Below, in pieces: positions 24,637-36,526 of a stretch of 64,000 bases of DNA. A model generated the notes under the pieces. It saw only the letters and a list, made by a program, of their open reading frames with translations. It did no database searches and had not been told where the DNA came from. Source of the DNA: Sarea resinae (Eukaryota); the NCBI GenBank assembly GCA_026026165.1, contig JAPEUD010000075.1:1-64000 (forward strand). Direction: 5' to 3'. Every line of letters starts with the position of its first letter. Position 1 is the first letter of the stretch. The position numbers and the translations under genes were made by a program.

Positions 24637-27150
24637 ATGAATCCAGCTACGACATCTCTGAAACGGCCTGCGCCTGGTGCCTCTCCCATGCCTCCAGTGC
24701 TGAATAGAGCTCAGCTGAGCCAAGCTCAGCCGGCTCTGAATCTCTCCTCTCAGACTGCCTCGCCTCAAATGACCGACGACCAATATCTTGGATGGGACCA
24801 GAATTCGATGAACACTGCTCCCGCTCAATATCCCGACGCTGCTTCTTTCAATGCGAATCTCTATACGGGTATGACAAACGGGCTCAACCAGCCGGCCGTG
24901 GTTCCTGGAACCCCGTCGAATCAGTTGGCGCGCAGGCCCGCCAATCAAAGTCTCGTCGCCACGAGAAGCGGACCTCTTGTTCCTACGAATGGAAATGCCG
25001 AGGATCCCTGGGCCGATCTGGAGGGTACCCTGCAGCAGCAGGGACCTGGTTGGACGAATACAGAGGAAGGTTTGGAGCAATTGGAGCAGAGAGCATTACT
25101 TGCCAAGCGCGACGCTCAATCGAAGCGGAAGCAAATTCCTCCTTTTGTACAGAAACTCAGCTCGTAAGTTACAGAAGCAGCTTATCGGCGATGAAATGCT
25201 AACGGTTTACTTTGCAGCTTCCTCGACGAGTCCAAGAATACGGAACTGATCCGATGGTCCGACAACGGGGATTCCTTCGTCGTCCTAGACGAGGACGAAT
25301 TCGCCAAGACTCTCATACCTGAACTTTTCAAGCATAACAACTATGCCTCTTTCGTGCGGCAGCTCAACATGTATGGCTTCCATAAACGGGTGGGGCTTTC
25401 GGACAATTCCATGAGAGCGAGCGAGAAGAAGCACAAGAGTCCCAGCGAATATTGGAATCCTTACTTCAAGCGCGGACACCCGGAGCTCCTGTGGCTCATT
25501 CAGAAACCCAAGAATCCAACACCCGCATCTGGAACCAAAGGAGAGAGAAAACCCGGCCATCGGCAAGGAACCAAGAGTGAAAGTGGCATCACTATGGATG
25601 GCAAACGACAAGAGGATGACGGCTTCGAGGGAGATTTTAGTGCAGGTGCCGCGAGACCTGAGCTACTCCTGCCGCCTGGTCATAACAGACAGTTTGCCCA
25701 TCAGGAATTAATCACTTTGCCTAAGAGCGAGCTTTCCAGTGTGCGACAAGAGCTCCAAACCATCCAGAATCAGCAAAAGCAAATAGGGGGTGTGATCAAT
25801 CGAATTCGCGCGGAGAATCGCCATCTCTATGAACAAGCCTCTGCATTTCAGACGATGCATGACCGACACGAGAACTCTATAAATGCCATCCTTACCTTCC
25901 TTGCGACGTTCTACAATCGGAGTCTCGACGGTCACGCACCACAAAATGTCTCCAACATGTTTCCGAGCGCTATGCCCCACGACACTACCGGCCAGGGAAA
26001 TGTGGTAGACCTCGGTGATTATGGCGATGCCAACATCAACGCGGCTAGCCAAACGCCACGGTCTTTCAAAAGACAGCCGCTGCTACTGAAGGCGCCGCCA
26101 GCTTCCGATCAAGAGGGGGCAAGAGTTGCTACCGTCTCACCTGCAGATTCCACCTCTCCGGCAGCGGCTCCGCCGGCTGGCCCCCATCCTGGGGAGACTG
26201 TGCCAGCTCAAAACAAGCCATATCCGTATAGCGGCCAAGCTCGGTCTACCGCCCAATCTGGTACCGTGGAAGAGCTGTACGAGCCATCGATAAGATCGTC
26301 GTCAAGTCCACAGGTGAAGCCGAGCCCGATTCCCGGAAATGATATCATGACACTTATCAATGACGCCAATGCCAACCACAAGAACATGGATGGGTCCCAG
26401 TTCGACTTTCCTGCTGCGCTCACCCACTTTGAGACTGCTAACGGCAACTCACCCTTGACGGCCAAGCAACGAAGCGATATGCTGAACCTCATTGCCAATG
26501 ATACCAACGCCGGTCGTCATGGAGGCAACAATGCTCTCATGTCCCCTAATCCGCCGCCCATGCCCAGCCTCGACCAGATCGGAAAGAACAAGGAGGAGTT
26601 GGATATGCTGGCCAAATTGCAAGCGGAGCAGGATAGCAAGGTCCAACAACTCACCCATCTCCTGCAGCCGCTTAGCCCGACTGGCTCGATTCCTGGGTTG
26701 ACAGATGGGCAGTATTATTCCGGACAAGGAGACGGTACAGGGCAGGCCCCGCCGCTGGACATTGATCAATTTCTCAACAACGGTGACTACTTTGCCGACC
26801 ACAACAATGCCGGTCTCGACTTTCCAGATCGCGGCGATAGTAACAACAATGTGCTCGGAGCGGATGACATCGACTTCAACTTTGACGATCTAGCAAACAC
26901 GAATACGCAGGATGATAATGTCAGTCGAGATTTTGATGTCAGCTGTCTCGGACCGGCACCTGATGACGACTTTGCGTATGACGGTGGGGATCGTGTCGTC
27001 GAGACCGTGGATTCTAGCGAGGCCACTTCTCCCGAAAATGCCATCGATGAACAGCAGGCAGCGCTCGGGGCTGGCATGGCACAGGCACCAGTCGGCGAAC
27101 GTGGCAGGGGTACTGGGGACAACCCTAACAAGAGGAGAAAACAGGCTTGA
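24637..27150 (+). CDS. HSF1: Heat shock transcription factor, 2 exons
   Basis: HSF DNA-binding domain RKQIPPFVQKLSS|FLDESKNTELIRWS...FKHNNYASFVRQLNMYGFHK, followed by an HR-A/B coiled coil (VRQELQTIQNQQKQI...HDRHENSINAILTFL). Intron 25164-25217; start codon choice approximate. Confidence 0.93.
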
Positions 27151-27949
27151 TGGACTGGACCGCAACAGACCGCTTGGGACGAAGCGATGGGATGGAGTTT
27201 TGATGAGCACAGACAAGTGCTGGATGTGTCTCACTTGCTCGTCATTCCTCGATTGGTGTTTATTCGGGAGCAAGCCCAGACTAGCAGCCAGCCGGACGGT
27301 TACAGGGGCGGGCAGGCGAGCAGGGGGCCAGGGGGGCTAGCACGGCGTTTTTGCGACCAACCAAAGACCGGTTCTACAAAATACACGATTGATTATTGGG
27401 AGGCTCCGTCTGGATTGGATGGGATTGGGCTGGACTGCATTAGTATGGACTGGGCTCCGCGGAAATGAGATTGCTTGGTGATACAGGAGATTTCTTGATG
27501 ATACAGACGATGGATGACGCATAGATGGTGTCGAAGTCGACGACGACGACGATGATGATGATGATGATGATGAAAGTGGCAGTGATGGTGCTAGGGGCGG
27601 TACGGCGTGGCATGGCGTGGCATGTCATAGATTGGATGGATGGATGGAATTGTAGATCTCTTCTCTTCTCTTCTCTTGCTGCCGCTGCTGCTTTTGTCGT
27701 GTATCTGTCGTCGTCGTCTGTCGTCGAAGTTCGCCGTCGTCATCGTTGATGTTGATGTTTATGTGGAGTGGAGAAGTGGACTAGGGCCTTGTCGTCTTTC
27801 TTCTTCTTCTTATTCTTCTTCTTCTTCTCTCTTCTTCTTCTCTTCTCCTCTTTTCTTCTTTTTGATTCTATTCTTCTTTTCGATTCTATTCTCCTTTTCC
27901 GATCGCAGAAATAATACATAAATACCTACTTATCTACCTATCTACCTTG

Positions 27950-29050
27950 TGCTTGAGAGGAGAATAATACACACATATATACGCCTATATGTAAATCTAT
28001 ATAGGCTAACTCTAGCACACACTTACCTTGGCTATTGACTCACCTACTAAAAAGTAAGTTGAACTATATAGAAAGAAGATTATGTTTGTGTTATAATACA
28101 TTATTTTATGTTTTAGAGAAAGGAATATAGTATATCTACTACCTTGTTAAATATATAGCTAGATATCTATCTCTTATTATCCCCTTACTATTTAGGCCTT
28201 TATAGTTTAAACTCTACTACAAGTTAACCCTAATATTCCTTGTCTAATACTCTTTATTATTTTCTAAAGAGCTAGCTAGACTATTCTTTTTAGAGAGATT
28301 CTAGATATAGTCTCTCTAGAGAGTGTGATTAATCTAATAAATGTTAAGGTACTAAATCTTAGTTAAGTTATGTTGTTGCTAAAAGTAAGGCAGCTAGTGT
28401 TTATAATTAGCTTATATATAGGACTAGAGAAAAAGACAGAGTAATACTACTAGATCTGTAATTACTAGCCTAGTTACTTATCTGCAGTTAATAGTAAAAG
28501 GTAGTATAACTTAGGACTTATTAACTTCTATAGACTTATTACAATGTTTACCCTTATAGTAAAGATTAATTCTAGGTAAGTAAAGATAAAGCTCTAATCT
28601 CTTTAAAGTATTGTATTCTAGCAGTCTACGCTTCTGCAGTAAGTTCTATAGCCTCTCTATACAACTAGTAGCGATCTGCACTAGCGAAAATTAGAACTGT
28701 TAATGTTGTCTTTAAAAAGGTTGACATAGAAAATAAAGGAAGTGTTAAGTCTTTCAAAGGATAGCGCTCTTATATATTTAGCTCTCTAATCTATCTAGCA
28801 GAACACCTAGACCTTTTCTAATAGTAAAATAGCTGTTGCTATTAAGCTCCTTACTCTTTCACTAGTACGTTGTAGCTTAAAGGTACAGACTAAGTAGCTA
28901 TCACTAAACGCTCTCTTGCCTATCTTAAGCCCCCTCTACAACTTAATTGCAGCCGCTAGGCCTTGTAAGTGGTAGAATAGGTAGCCTTGTTACTATAATC
29001 TCTTAAGCGTAAGCTGGCCGCGGCCTAGATTGGTTAAGAAACTCTTGCTC
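27950..29050 (+). pseudogene. RIP-degraded relic of a formerly repeated, probably coding, sequence
   Basis: Very AT/TpA-rich, CpA/TpG/CpG-poor complex sequence. In the + frame starting at 28081, all stops up to ~29040 are TAA/TAG (revertible by C>T/G>A) amid protein-like text; family not recognised. Confidence 0.55.
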
Positions 29051-29438
29051 CTATTAAGTTTAGAGTCACGCGCCACTCGCCTTGCCGCGGGTGCTTAAGG
29101 TGGAGGGGCAGCCGCCTGTGAGGCTTCGAGGCGCGGCCGAGTGCGTTGCGCAGGAAGCAGGTCGCCGGGTAACGCCCACCAGGGTGTAGGACGTCTGGAC
29201 CCGGCGAGGAGCCGTCGAGGTGGTGGGGGTGGAGAGTGTTACCCGGCGTGGGCCTTCCTCGGGGAAATGACTGCTCCTGTCTCTGTGAGTGCAAGGCTGG
29301 GTAACCCTCTGCCTCAGGCTGCCCCTTTTTCCGAAATTTGCTCTCCAGGGGCTGAGCGGGTGCGGGCCGCCCGCCCTCTGGAATAGAGTCAATGGGTATG
29401 TGAGAAGGGCGGCGTGGCATCCTAGGACACGGCGGTAG

Positions 29439-29910
29439 GTTCTGCAATTGAAAATTGAGCAGTGCAAAGACCGGATCATAGATCTTTATCGTCGGAACTT
29501 TACCATTGAGCGAATCCTCTCATCTGAAGACAAGACAGAATACATTTTCCAGCAACTGAAAGCACAATTAAAAGACAGCTCTGTAAGGTAGATAGCAGAT
29601 TCCAAGCGGCAGCATATTCACGGCAATGATCAGCTTCGATGACGTGTTCTTGAGTTGACTTCCCAGGTTGCGAGCACGGTCTTGAGGTGGAGGATGTTCT
29701 TGCAATTCTCAAGGTTGAAAGGGTGGAGATTGGACACACAGATCTTGTACGAATCAGAAAGAACCTTGGCATCTATCGGGCAGTCGGTGATTCTAACCTG
29801 CAAGAGACGTATGCAGCACTGCTTGAAATCGTGCGGAGGAAATGAGTGATTGTTATAGCCGCATTCAGCTATATACGCATGTTGGGCAACCGGGGCTTAT
29901 GATTGCAAGG
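29439..29910 (+). mobile_element. Decayed fragment of a fungal Clr5-domain/integrase-core transposon-like ORF
   Basis: Pieces across stops and frameshifts: KIEQCKDRIIDLYRRNFTIERIL; DQLR*RVLEL; HGLEVEDVLAILKVERVEIGHTDLVRIRKNLGIYR; CYSRIQLYTHVGQPGLMIAR. From recall, these resemble the N-terminal half of such proteins; no catalytic core seen. Confidence 0.5.
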
Positions 29911-30820
29911 TCCATCGTCCAGGGAGGAGGATATGCTACAGGCCATCCATGATCATTGACTTCAACATCAGCGACACGGATTTCATGATCCAGAGTCCGA
30001 TGGGCTTCTATTGGGTAGGTTGTTGAAGGCGAAAGGCAATGTTGCTCGGGGCCAGCGGAACTGGACATGATCGTGGATCTGATTACGCTGGTGATGATAA
30101 AAACGAAGATGATAGGGACGGGAGTTGGACGTCTTCATGTTTTGCCGTCTTTCTCATCTTCAGCTGCATCTTCTCCTCCTTTCCATCATGGTCGTCGTAC
30201 ACTTGCTAGTGCCAATTTTTCGATGCCACGGCTACCATGGCTGTTGATCTTAGGATCAGTGGGCATCAACGAGGAGCTGGTGAGGCTCAAGCCTGTGTGA
30301 ATATCCCAAATTCCCCTCTTTCTCGATCGATCTTCCGCGGACACTGACTCTGACACTGACACTGACACCAACAACCTGCAGACTACTAATCCACAGTCCC
30401 TCTCTCTTTGACCACAAAAAGTAGTGCACCTAGAAGAGCGCTAGTTATCTCTATATCTATTCGCCAATCTACCCTTTCCTTCTATTCCATCATCCCCGCT
30501 TTCTTTTCTTATTCTCCTATCCCCCAGACTTGGGCCCACCGAGCCTACACCTCGATGTCAAGAGTCCTCTAGAGCATATGGATAGACTACTCATTTACTA
30601 ACCCGCACCTCATCTCTTAAACATCAAGGCACAAGATCCAAGCCATAGTCACTCTGTCGAGTCGGTCCATCTAGCCTGTCTATGATATCAACCTCTAAAA
30701 CACCCAAACCAGCTGGCTGGTCCAGCAAACACGGACAGCATCGTTACTAGAAAGCTCACCTCCCACAGCACAGATCGACGGATACTTCGAGCCGAAGGAA
30801 ACTAACCCCTGTTTGAAGCG

Positions 30821-31498
30821 ATGAGTTACAGCCACCCTAGATGCCGTCACGGACATAGACATGGTGCACGCCAACACCAACATCAACACCACAGCAGCAG
30901 CAGCAGGCACCGCCATCGCCGCCACTATGATATCCACTACGACGCCGACCACGGCGACATTTCCTACAGAGCCAGTCTCGAGGATGACGTTGACGACACC
31001 GAAGACGACTACGACGCCAACGACTACGACAACGACAACTACGACGACCGGTTTACTGGTAATCAATACACCGATGTCCACACCCGTAGCAGCCGCCACT
31101 CCACCAATAACCCAGACACCCCCCGTCCTCGCCGCCGCCACCGCCGCCACCGCTCGCGCAGCCGTCACGTCCACTGGGAAGACGACGACAACGACAACGA
31201 CAACGACTACAACGACGCCGGACCGTACCAAGACCACCAACATCGCCCCCACCGTCATCACCACCACCATTCTCCCCACACGCGTGAAGCAGAAGCAGAA
31301 GCAGACGCAGACGCAGAATCAGAAACGCGCCCCACTCCGCCCAGGAACCACGAGTATAGAAACAGCCCGCTCTACCACGGCAGCGGCAGCACGGCGGCGC
31401 CCATGGGCTACGAGCGACGGACGACGAGGGCGAGCTGGTACGGGCGGCCGAGCGGGCGCCAGAGTGAGAATTGCGGGTTGATGTGGGTGGGCGGGTAA
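30821..31498 (+). CDS. Orphan His/Arg/Asp-rich disordered protein (225 aa)
   Basis: ATG-initiated ORF with mostly C-ending codons in this frame (GAC/AAC/CAC/CGC). Overlapping ORFs in other frames are explained by trinucleotide low complexity. Confidence 0.5.
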   Translation: MSYSHPRCRHGHRHGARQHQHQHHSSSSRHRHRRHYDIHYDADHGDISYRASLEDDVDDTEDDYDANDYDNDNYDDRFTGNQYTDVHTRSSRHSTNNPDTPRPRRRHRRHRSRSRHVHWEDDDNDNDNDYNDAGPYQDHQHRPHRHHHHHSPHTREAEAEADADAESETRPTPPRNHEYRNSPLYHGSGSTAAPMGYERRTTRASWYGRPSGRQSENCGLMWVGG

Positions 31499-31903
31499 AG
31501 CGTTGCCTGACTCTGCCTTGCTCAAGCAGAGGGGAGGGGAAAGAAGAGGTAAGGAGAGAGGATAACAGAGGAGAGGAGAGGATAACAGAGGAGAGGAGAG
31601 GAAGGAGAGAGAGGAGAGGTACCTTACCGTAACACAGCCTAGCAAGCCCGGCAAGCCCCAGCAGACCCAGCCAAGCCCAGCCCAAGCCATCCCATCCTCT
31701 CCCCCAGTATGCATAGCAGAGAACAGAAACGGACAATTCCTCCATCCTAGATCCACCATGATGTTTCGTTTCATTTCCGTATTCCGTTTCCGTGTTTCGT
31801 TTCCTGTATTATGTTTCCTGTATTATGTATCATGTATGATGGATTAATGAAGACACAAACACAAACACAAACATAAACCAGCCAGGTCGAGTCGAGTCGA
31901 GTC

Positions 31904-31937
31904 GGGTTGGGTTGGGTTGGGTTGGGTCGGGTCAGGG
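31904..31937. repeat. (GGGTT)n-type repeat with 7 G3 tracts
   Basis: gggttgggttgggttgggttgggtcgggtcaggg. Confidence 0.9.
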
Positions 31938-32094
31938 TTGGTGGCAGATAGGCAAGTGTGTTTTAACCTGTTCTGAAGATGTTTCAGATTATCTTAGATC
32001 ATGACAGTTGTTTACTTAGCTAGCTACCTAGGTAGTTTTCTTAGGATCTGTGATAATGGGGTAGTGGATTAGTTCGTTGGTTGGTTGTTTACCT

Positions 32095-32162
32095 GGTTGA
32101 TTACTTGGTTGATTCCTTGGTTGATTCCTTGGTTGATTCCTTGGTTGATTCCTTAGTTGATT
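32095..32162. repeat. 12-bp minisatellite (GGTTGATTCCTT) x ~5.5
   Basis: Four exact units 32107-32154 plus flanking variants. Confidence 0.92.
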
Positions 32163-32721
32163 AGTTGATCCGTGGGGATGCAGTCCGGAGTGAGTGAGTG
32201 AGTGAGTGTAGGTGCTATAACTCTACTGCTGTCTACACCTCTTATCTCCCTGGATCGCGCGTTCCCGGCACGTCCTGGGATTCTTTCGCGGTCGGTGTAC
32301 AGAGAGAGAATATACACATGGTCGAATCGAGTGTACGTAGTAAGATCAATAAAGCTCAATATTTACACGGCGGTCAACAGTGCTATCTACGCAGCAGAGG
32401 GTTTCAGTGGCACTACTTATGGGCCGCTTTGCACCAGACCACATGGCAGCAAAAGGTGGAGTATAAAAGCGCTTGAATTATTGAGACTCGTTTAGGCGTT
32501 ACGGATCGTCCGATTAGATATGCCCGCTTCCCGAACAGGCTCGATTCATGAACCAAGACTGAAAAAACCGCAGGGCCTGGTTTGGATATTCATCTTCCTT
32601 CCCGCATCCCTCCCGACGTCCCTGATTACCTGCAAGAGAACACGACAAGCTAGTTCTGACCACTGGGACGACGGCCCGACACGGGACCATCGACAGCACT
32701 ACCCGCCACGACACAGTACAT

Positions 32722-34717
32722 TCAGGAGGCGGCCGACTTCGAGATATACATGGGAAGCGGCTCCTTGGTGATAGACAGATAGCTCTCGGTACGATCGATA
32801 TAGGCCTTGGGATCGAAGTCCGGCGCGATCTTGAAATCGTACTTCTGCAGCATTCTAGACGGCACGCCCAATGGACCGCATTAGCCTGCATAGCATGACC
32901 CATCGCATCGTGCGAGGGAAAGAGATGGGAAGCTTACCGGACAGTGAACATGCGCGCCTCCTGTAGGGCGAGCTTCCGTCCCGCACACTGATACACGCCC
33001 TGAGAGAACGGGATAAAGGCAGCCTTGTTGTGGACTCCCTTGAAGCCAGAGTCCTCGATCCATCGCTCCGGGATGAACTCAAGCGGCTGCGCAAAGTAGC
33101 GCGGGTCGTGCATCACGGACCAGCCATGAACGCTGATCTTCGTGCCTTCGGGGATCCACTTGTCGTCCAGGACGATTCCGCCAGGCGTGTTGACCACGCG
33201 TTGCATTCCGTTGGGCCCGGGCGGGATCAGGCGTAGGGCTTCGTTGATGCAGGCGTTGAGATAGGGGGCGCGGCTTGGATCGCCGAGGTGAGCGGCGTCG
33301 TATTTGCCGTCCTTGAAGAGGCCCTGGACTTCCTTTTTGAGATTGGCGTACGCCTTGGGGTACCGCGTAAGGTAGAAGAATATAGTCCTGTTTGTCGGAC
33401 GGTTAGTTGATCCAAAAAATGCGAATGTACTTGCAGTCTCGGTTACATACGATTGGAGAACTGCGGTGGTGTCTCCACCTCCAAGGATGACAGCTCGCGC
33501 ATCCGACTCCAGTTCGGCATCTGTTAGCTGGTAGTCTGATCCTTCCTCTTTGGCAGCCAGTAAAAAGCCGAAGACGTCCCTCTTGACTGGACCTTGCTCC
33601 CTTCTTGCTAGGAACTGTTTACGGCTGAAATTGAAAAATGTAGCAAATTGTTGTTTAGTTTTTTGGTCGAGGGGGACCAACCCAGCCAGTGGAATGATCC
33701 ATGATACATTGCCAAGGCTACTGATGTATTTGAAGGCGACATGAACGAATTCAACGTAGTGATGACTCTCTCCAGACTCGAGCATATGAAAGGAGGTGCC
33801 CTGCTCGGGAAACGTCATCAGCCAACCAATTAAATGAAGGGTCATGATATCGCACTCACAAATCCCAGGTCACCCATGATGTCAAACGCAAAGTATTCTA
33901 TCCAGTCGCCCAGGTTCACAAGCTCCCCTTTTTCAGCAAATCCGTCGAGCTTATTGCAGAGCGCGTCGAGGGCCTGCAGCATGCGCGGTTCATACGTCTT
34001 CAGAGCCTTGGGCTGAAATGCCGCATCCCAGGCCTTGCGACGCTGTTTATGTTTGTTGTAGTCGAGCAGCGAGAAAAGCCCCGGTTCGGCTTCGTTTGAA
34101 TTCTTCCAGTACCATGGGCCCTTGTTGAACTTGGAGAGAGCCCCATGAATCACAGGTAAGGCGCTCGCATCTGCGACTGATATTTCGTTGGGCCCAACCC
34201 TAATATAATCACCATACTTTTTGTGCTGAGCCCAGAGGTAATGATGGACTTTCCCCTCCTTGGCAATATAGAAACTCTGCCATTTGGTAAGAGCTGGCAG
34301 GGTATCTCCTGGAAAATGACGGAGAGGATTGAGGAAAAGCCTATAGACACCGATTGATAGACTATGACAGCTTCAGTATATGGCCTTTCTGAGCTGAGAA
34401 TGCCTTACCTCAGGGCCGCAAGATAGACAGTCATGAAAAGGACTGTAGGAAGAACGCTCAATGTGCCGAGGCTCAAAGTGTCGGCATTTTTGTTGGTGAG
34501 ATAGCATATGGCTGTGCTCAAGGCGCCGAGCCATGACAGAAACCCAAACACCGATGGCTCAAAAGTCTTGAAGATGATATGAGAGAGCTACTTCATCATC
34601 AGCATCCTGTCAACAGAGATAGACTTAGGGTAAAGGTACCAAGCCTAAGCCGGCGGCGCCCAGACCAAGGTCTTGTGGGGTTCGCGTAAGGGCATAAGAA
34701 GAGCCTGCAAATGCCAT
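32722..34717 (-). CDS. Cytochrome P450 monooxygenase, 6 exons
   Basis: N-terminal membrane segments, LFLNPLRHFPG, KYGDYIRVGPNEIS, FDIMGDLGF, I-helix GGDTT, ExxR (NEALR), PERW, heme motif FSQGVYQCAG; last exon RMLQKYDF...KSAAS*. Substrate unknown. Confidence 0.92.
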
Positions 34718-36526
34718 TTCGACGAACACTCAACGATCGAGTTTCGAGAAGAGAAAGGTTGAGGAGACTTCGACATCTGCAGACACGATGAATGGAGAGC
34801 AGCACCGAGCTTATAGGCGGATCGTCAGACACCATCTTCAGGCCTCCGTGCCGCTGTTTCGCACCATGGACGCCGGCCAAGGCAGCTTCTGTCAGCAACC
34901 GTGCCATCATGTTGCAGGAACGGCGAGCCATGATAGGATTGGAGTTGCTGGATCGGCGGCTTTGACAGTTCCGGATGAGCGACGTTCTCCACCTATGTAA
35001 CGCTGTGACCTCTCCTGGACACCGTGAAACTTCCATCTGCTCCAGCTGCCATCATAACAGAGGTACGGCGCACACACAGAATGCAACGGGAATTGCTGAC
35101 CGCAGTGCCTGTCAACGCTTGGCCGAGCCCACTAATGCATCCTGGCGGGGTTGCTGTAGCTATTATTTCGACCATCTCCATCACATACACATCTAGTTAG
35201 GATCAGCAGCACTTGGCGAATGCGTCGCTTAGAGAGCTCTGGTCGGTCATCTTCACTCGAAATACATGCCTGAGATATTGTATGATAGAAGCGGGTGTGC
35301 TTTCACGTTGCTACAGAGCTAGCCAGCGATTGCACCGGCATAGTAAGTAATGCTCCAGAGGTCGTAGCACGTCGTGTTTCTATCAAGAGCACCGATAGAG
35401 ACTGTACGGAGTACTTTCCGTCGAGGACTAGCTTTGTCCTTGAACTTGGATGGCGGGAATGGTGTTCACAGCGTACAATGAGGTGCCTTAGTAATGTGGC
35501 CACGGTGGTAGGCTACGGCAAAGCCATGTCCATCGTCCATCTTCCCTGGTGCTGTTTTTAGCGGGCGCAACACGTTTTGGTCGGGGAATAACTATCTAGG
35601 ATGAGTAGGTAGCGATGGGATTCCCCTGCGTGCTGCATCTATCCACGTGGATCCACATTGCTGAAGCCGATCGGCTGATCCCGCGCATTAGCACGCGCTG
35701 CTAAGACTCCGGAGCATTTGTAGCTGGAGAGTAGTCAATCCTGAATCCTTCATGGGCACGGCGGTTAGCAATTCTCTACTCCGTCAACCATTAGCCATCA
35801 TAGCCGGTACGACGTACTTCTACTCTACTCTACTCTACTCTACGGAGTACTCCTAGGCCTTCAGCAACGTCCCCCGCATGATGCCCAGCCCTGCAGACCC
35901 GTCAGCACGGACACCCATGTCCAGAACAGGCAAGCGACGGGCACATCGTCTGTCGATCTTCTTGAGCGCGTTCAGCCACGAGTCGCGATCCCAATGCTGC
36001 TGTCCTCGGGTAAATCTTCCGAATGGCGAGAGAGCTCGGCAATTCAAGGGCGTGAGGCGGCAGCAGCAGCAGCAGTCGGACTCTGCATCACTCACTCATT
36101 TGAGCTCCAGGTTGCGGGAACGGACATGATGTGATGAAATACCAATGATCCCTCGTGTCCGAGACCTTGGAGTCCAGCACTCGCCATCAGTTCCATTGCT
36201 GATTTGGCATGGAGGTGGGTCACTCGAGCCGGCAGTGTGCAGCAATGAAACATGATTTTTGCTGCATGATGGATATTGTCCACCCTGCAAGGCCACCTTG
36301 AACGAGCGGGAAGGGTAAATGGATGGGGACGAAGCCTCTTCTGTTCAGAACCATGTATCAACAATCGTTCCACTCGAACATTTGGTAAGCAAGACAAGGT
36401 TTGCGATCAAGTCAGTATTACAGCCATGAGCTACTTTGACATGTAGCTTGAAAGGAAAATCAGAAAGGCTCTGTGGTTCAAACCCCTGCTCCATCCCCTC
36501 CCTTGAAACGAGAATCTACAGTCTGC

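Noticed and set aside
28225..28233. TAACCCTAA, a perfect TTAGGG telomerase template 9-mer
   Set aside because: Lies inside the RIP-like relic as in-frame TAA-CCC-TAA, readily produced from CAA/CGA codons; an essential single-copy RNA is unlikely to be RIP-saturated.
28600..28700. FCSKF text resembling viral RdRp motif E
   Set aside because: No in-frame GDD or other polymerase motifs; a different frame reads better.
30695..31745. Overlapping Thr-rich, Val-rich and antisense ORFs at the orphan locus
   Set aside because: By-products of GAC/CAC trinucleotide low complexity; the Thr-rich frame lacks a signal peptide.
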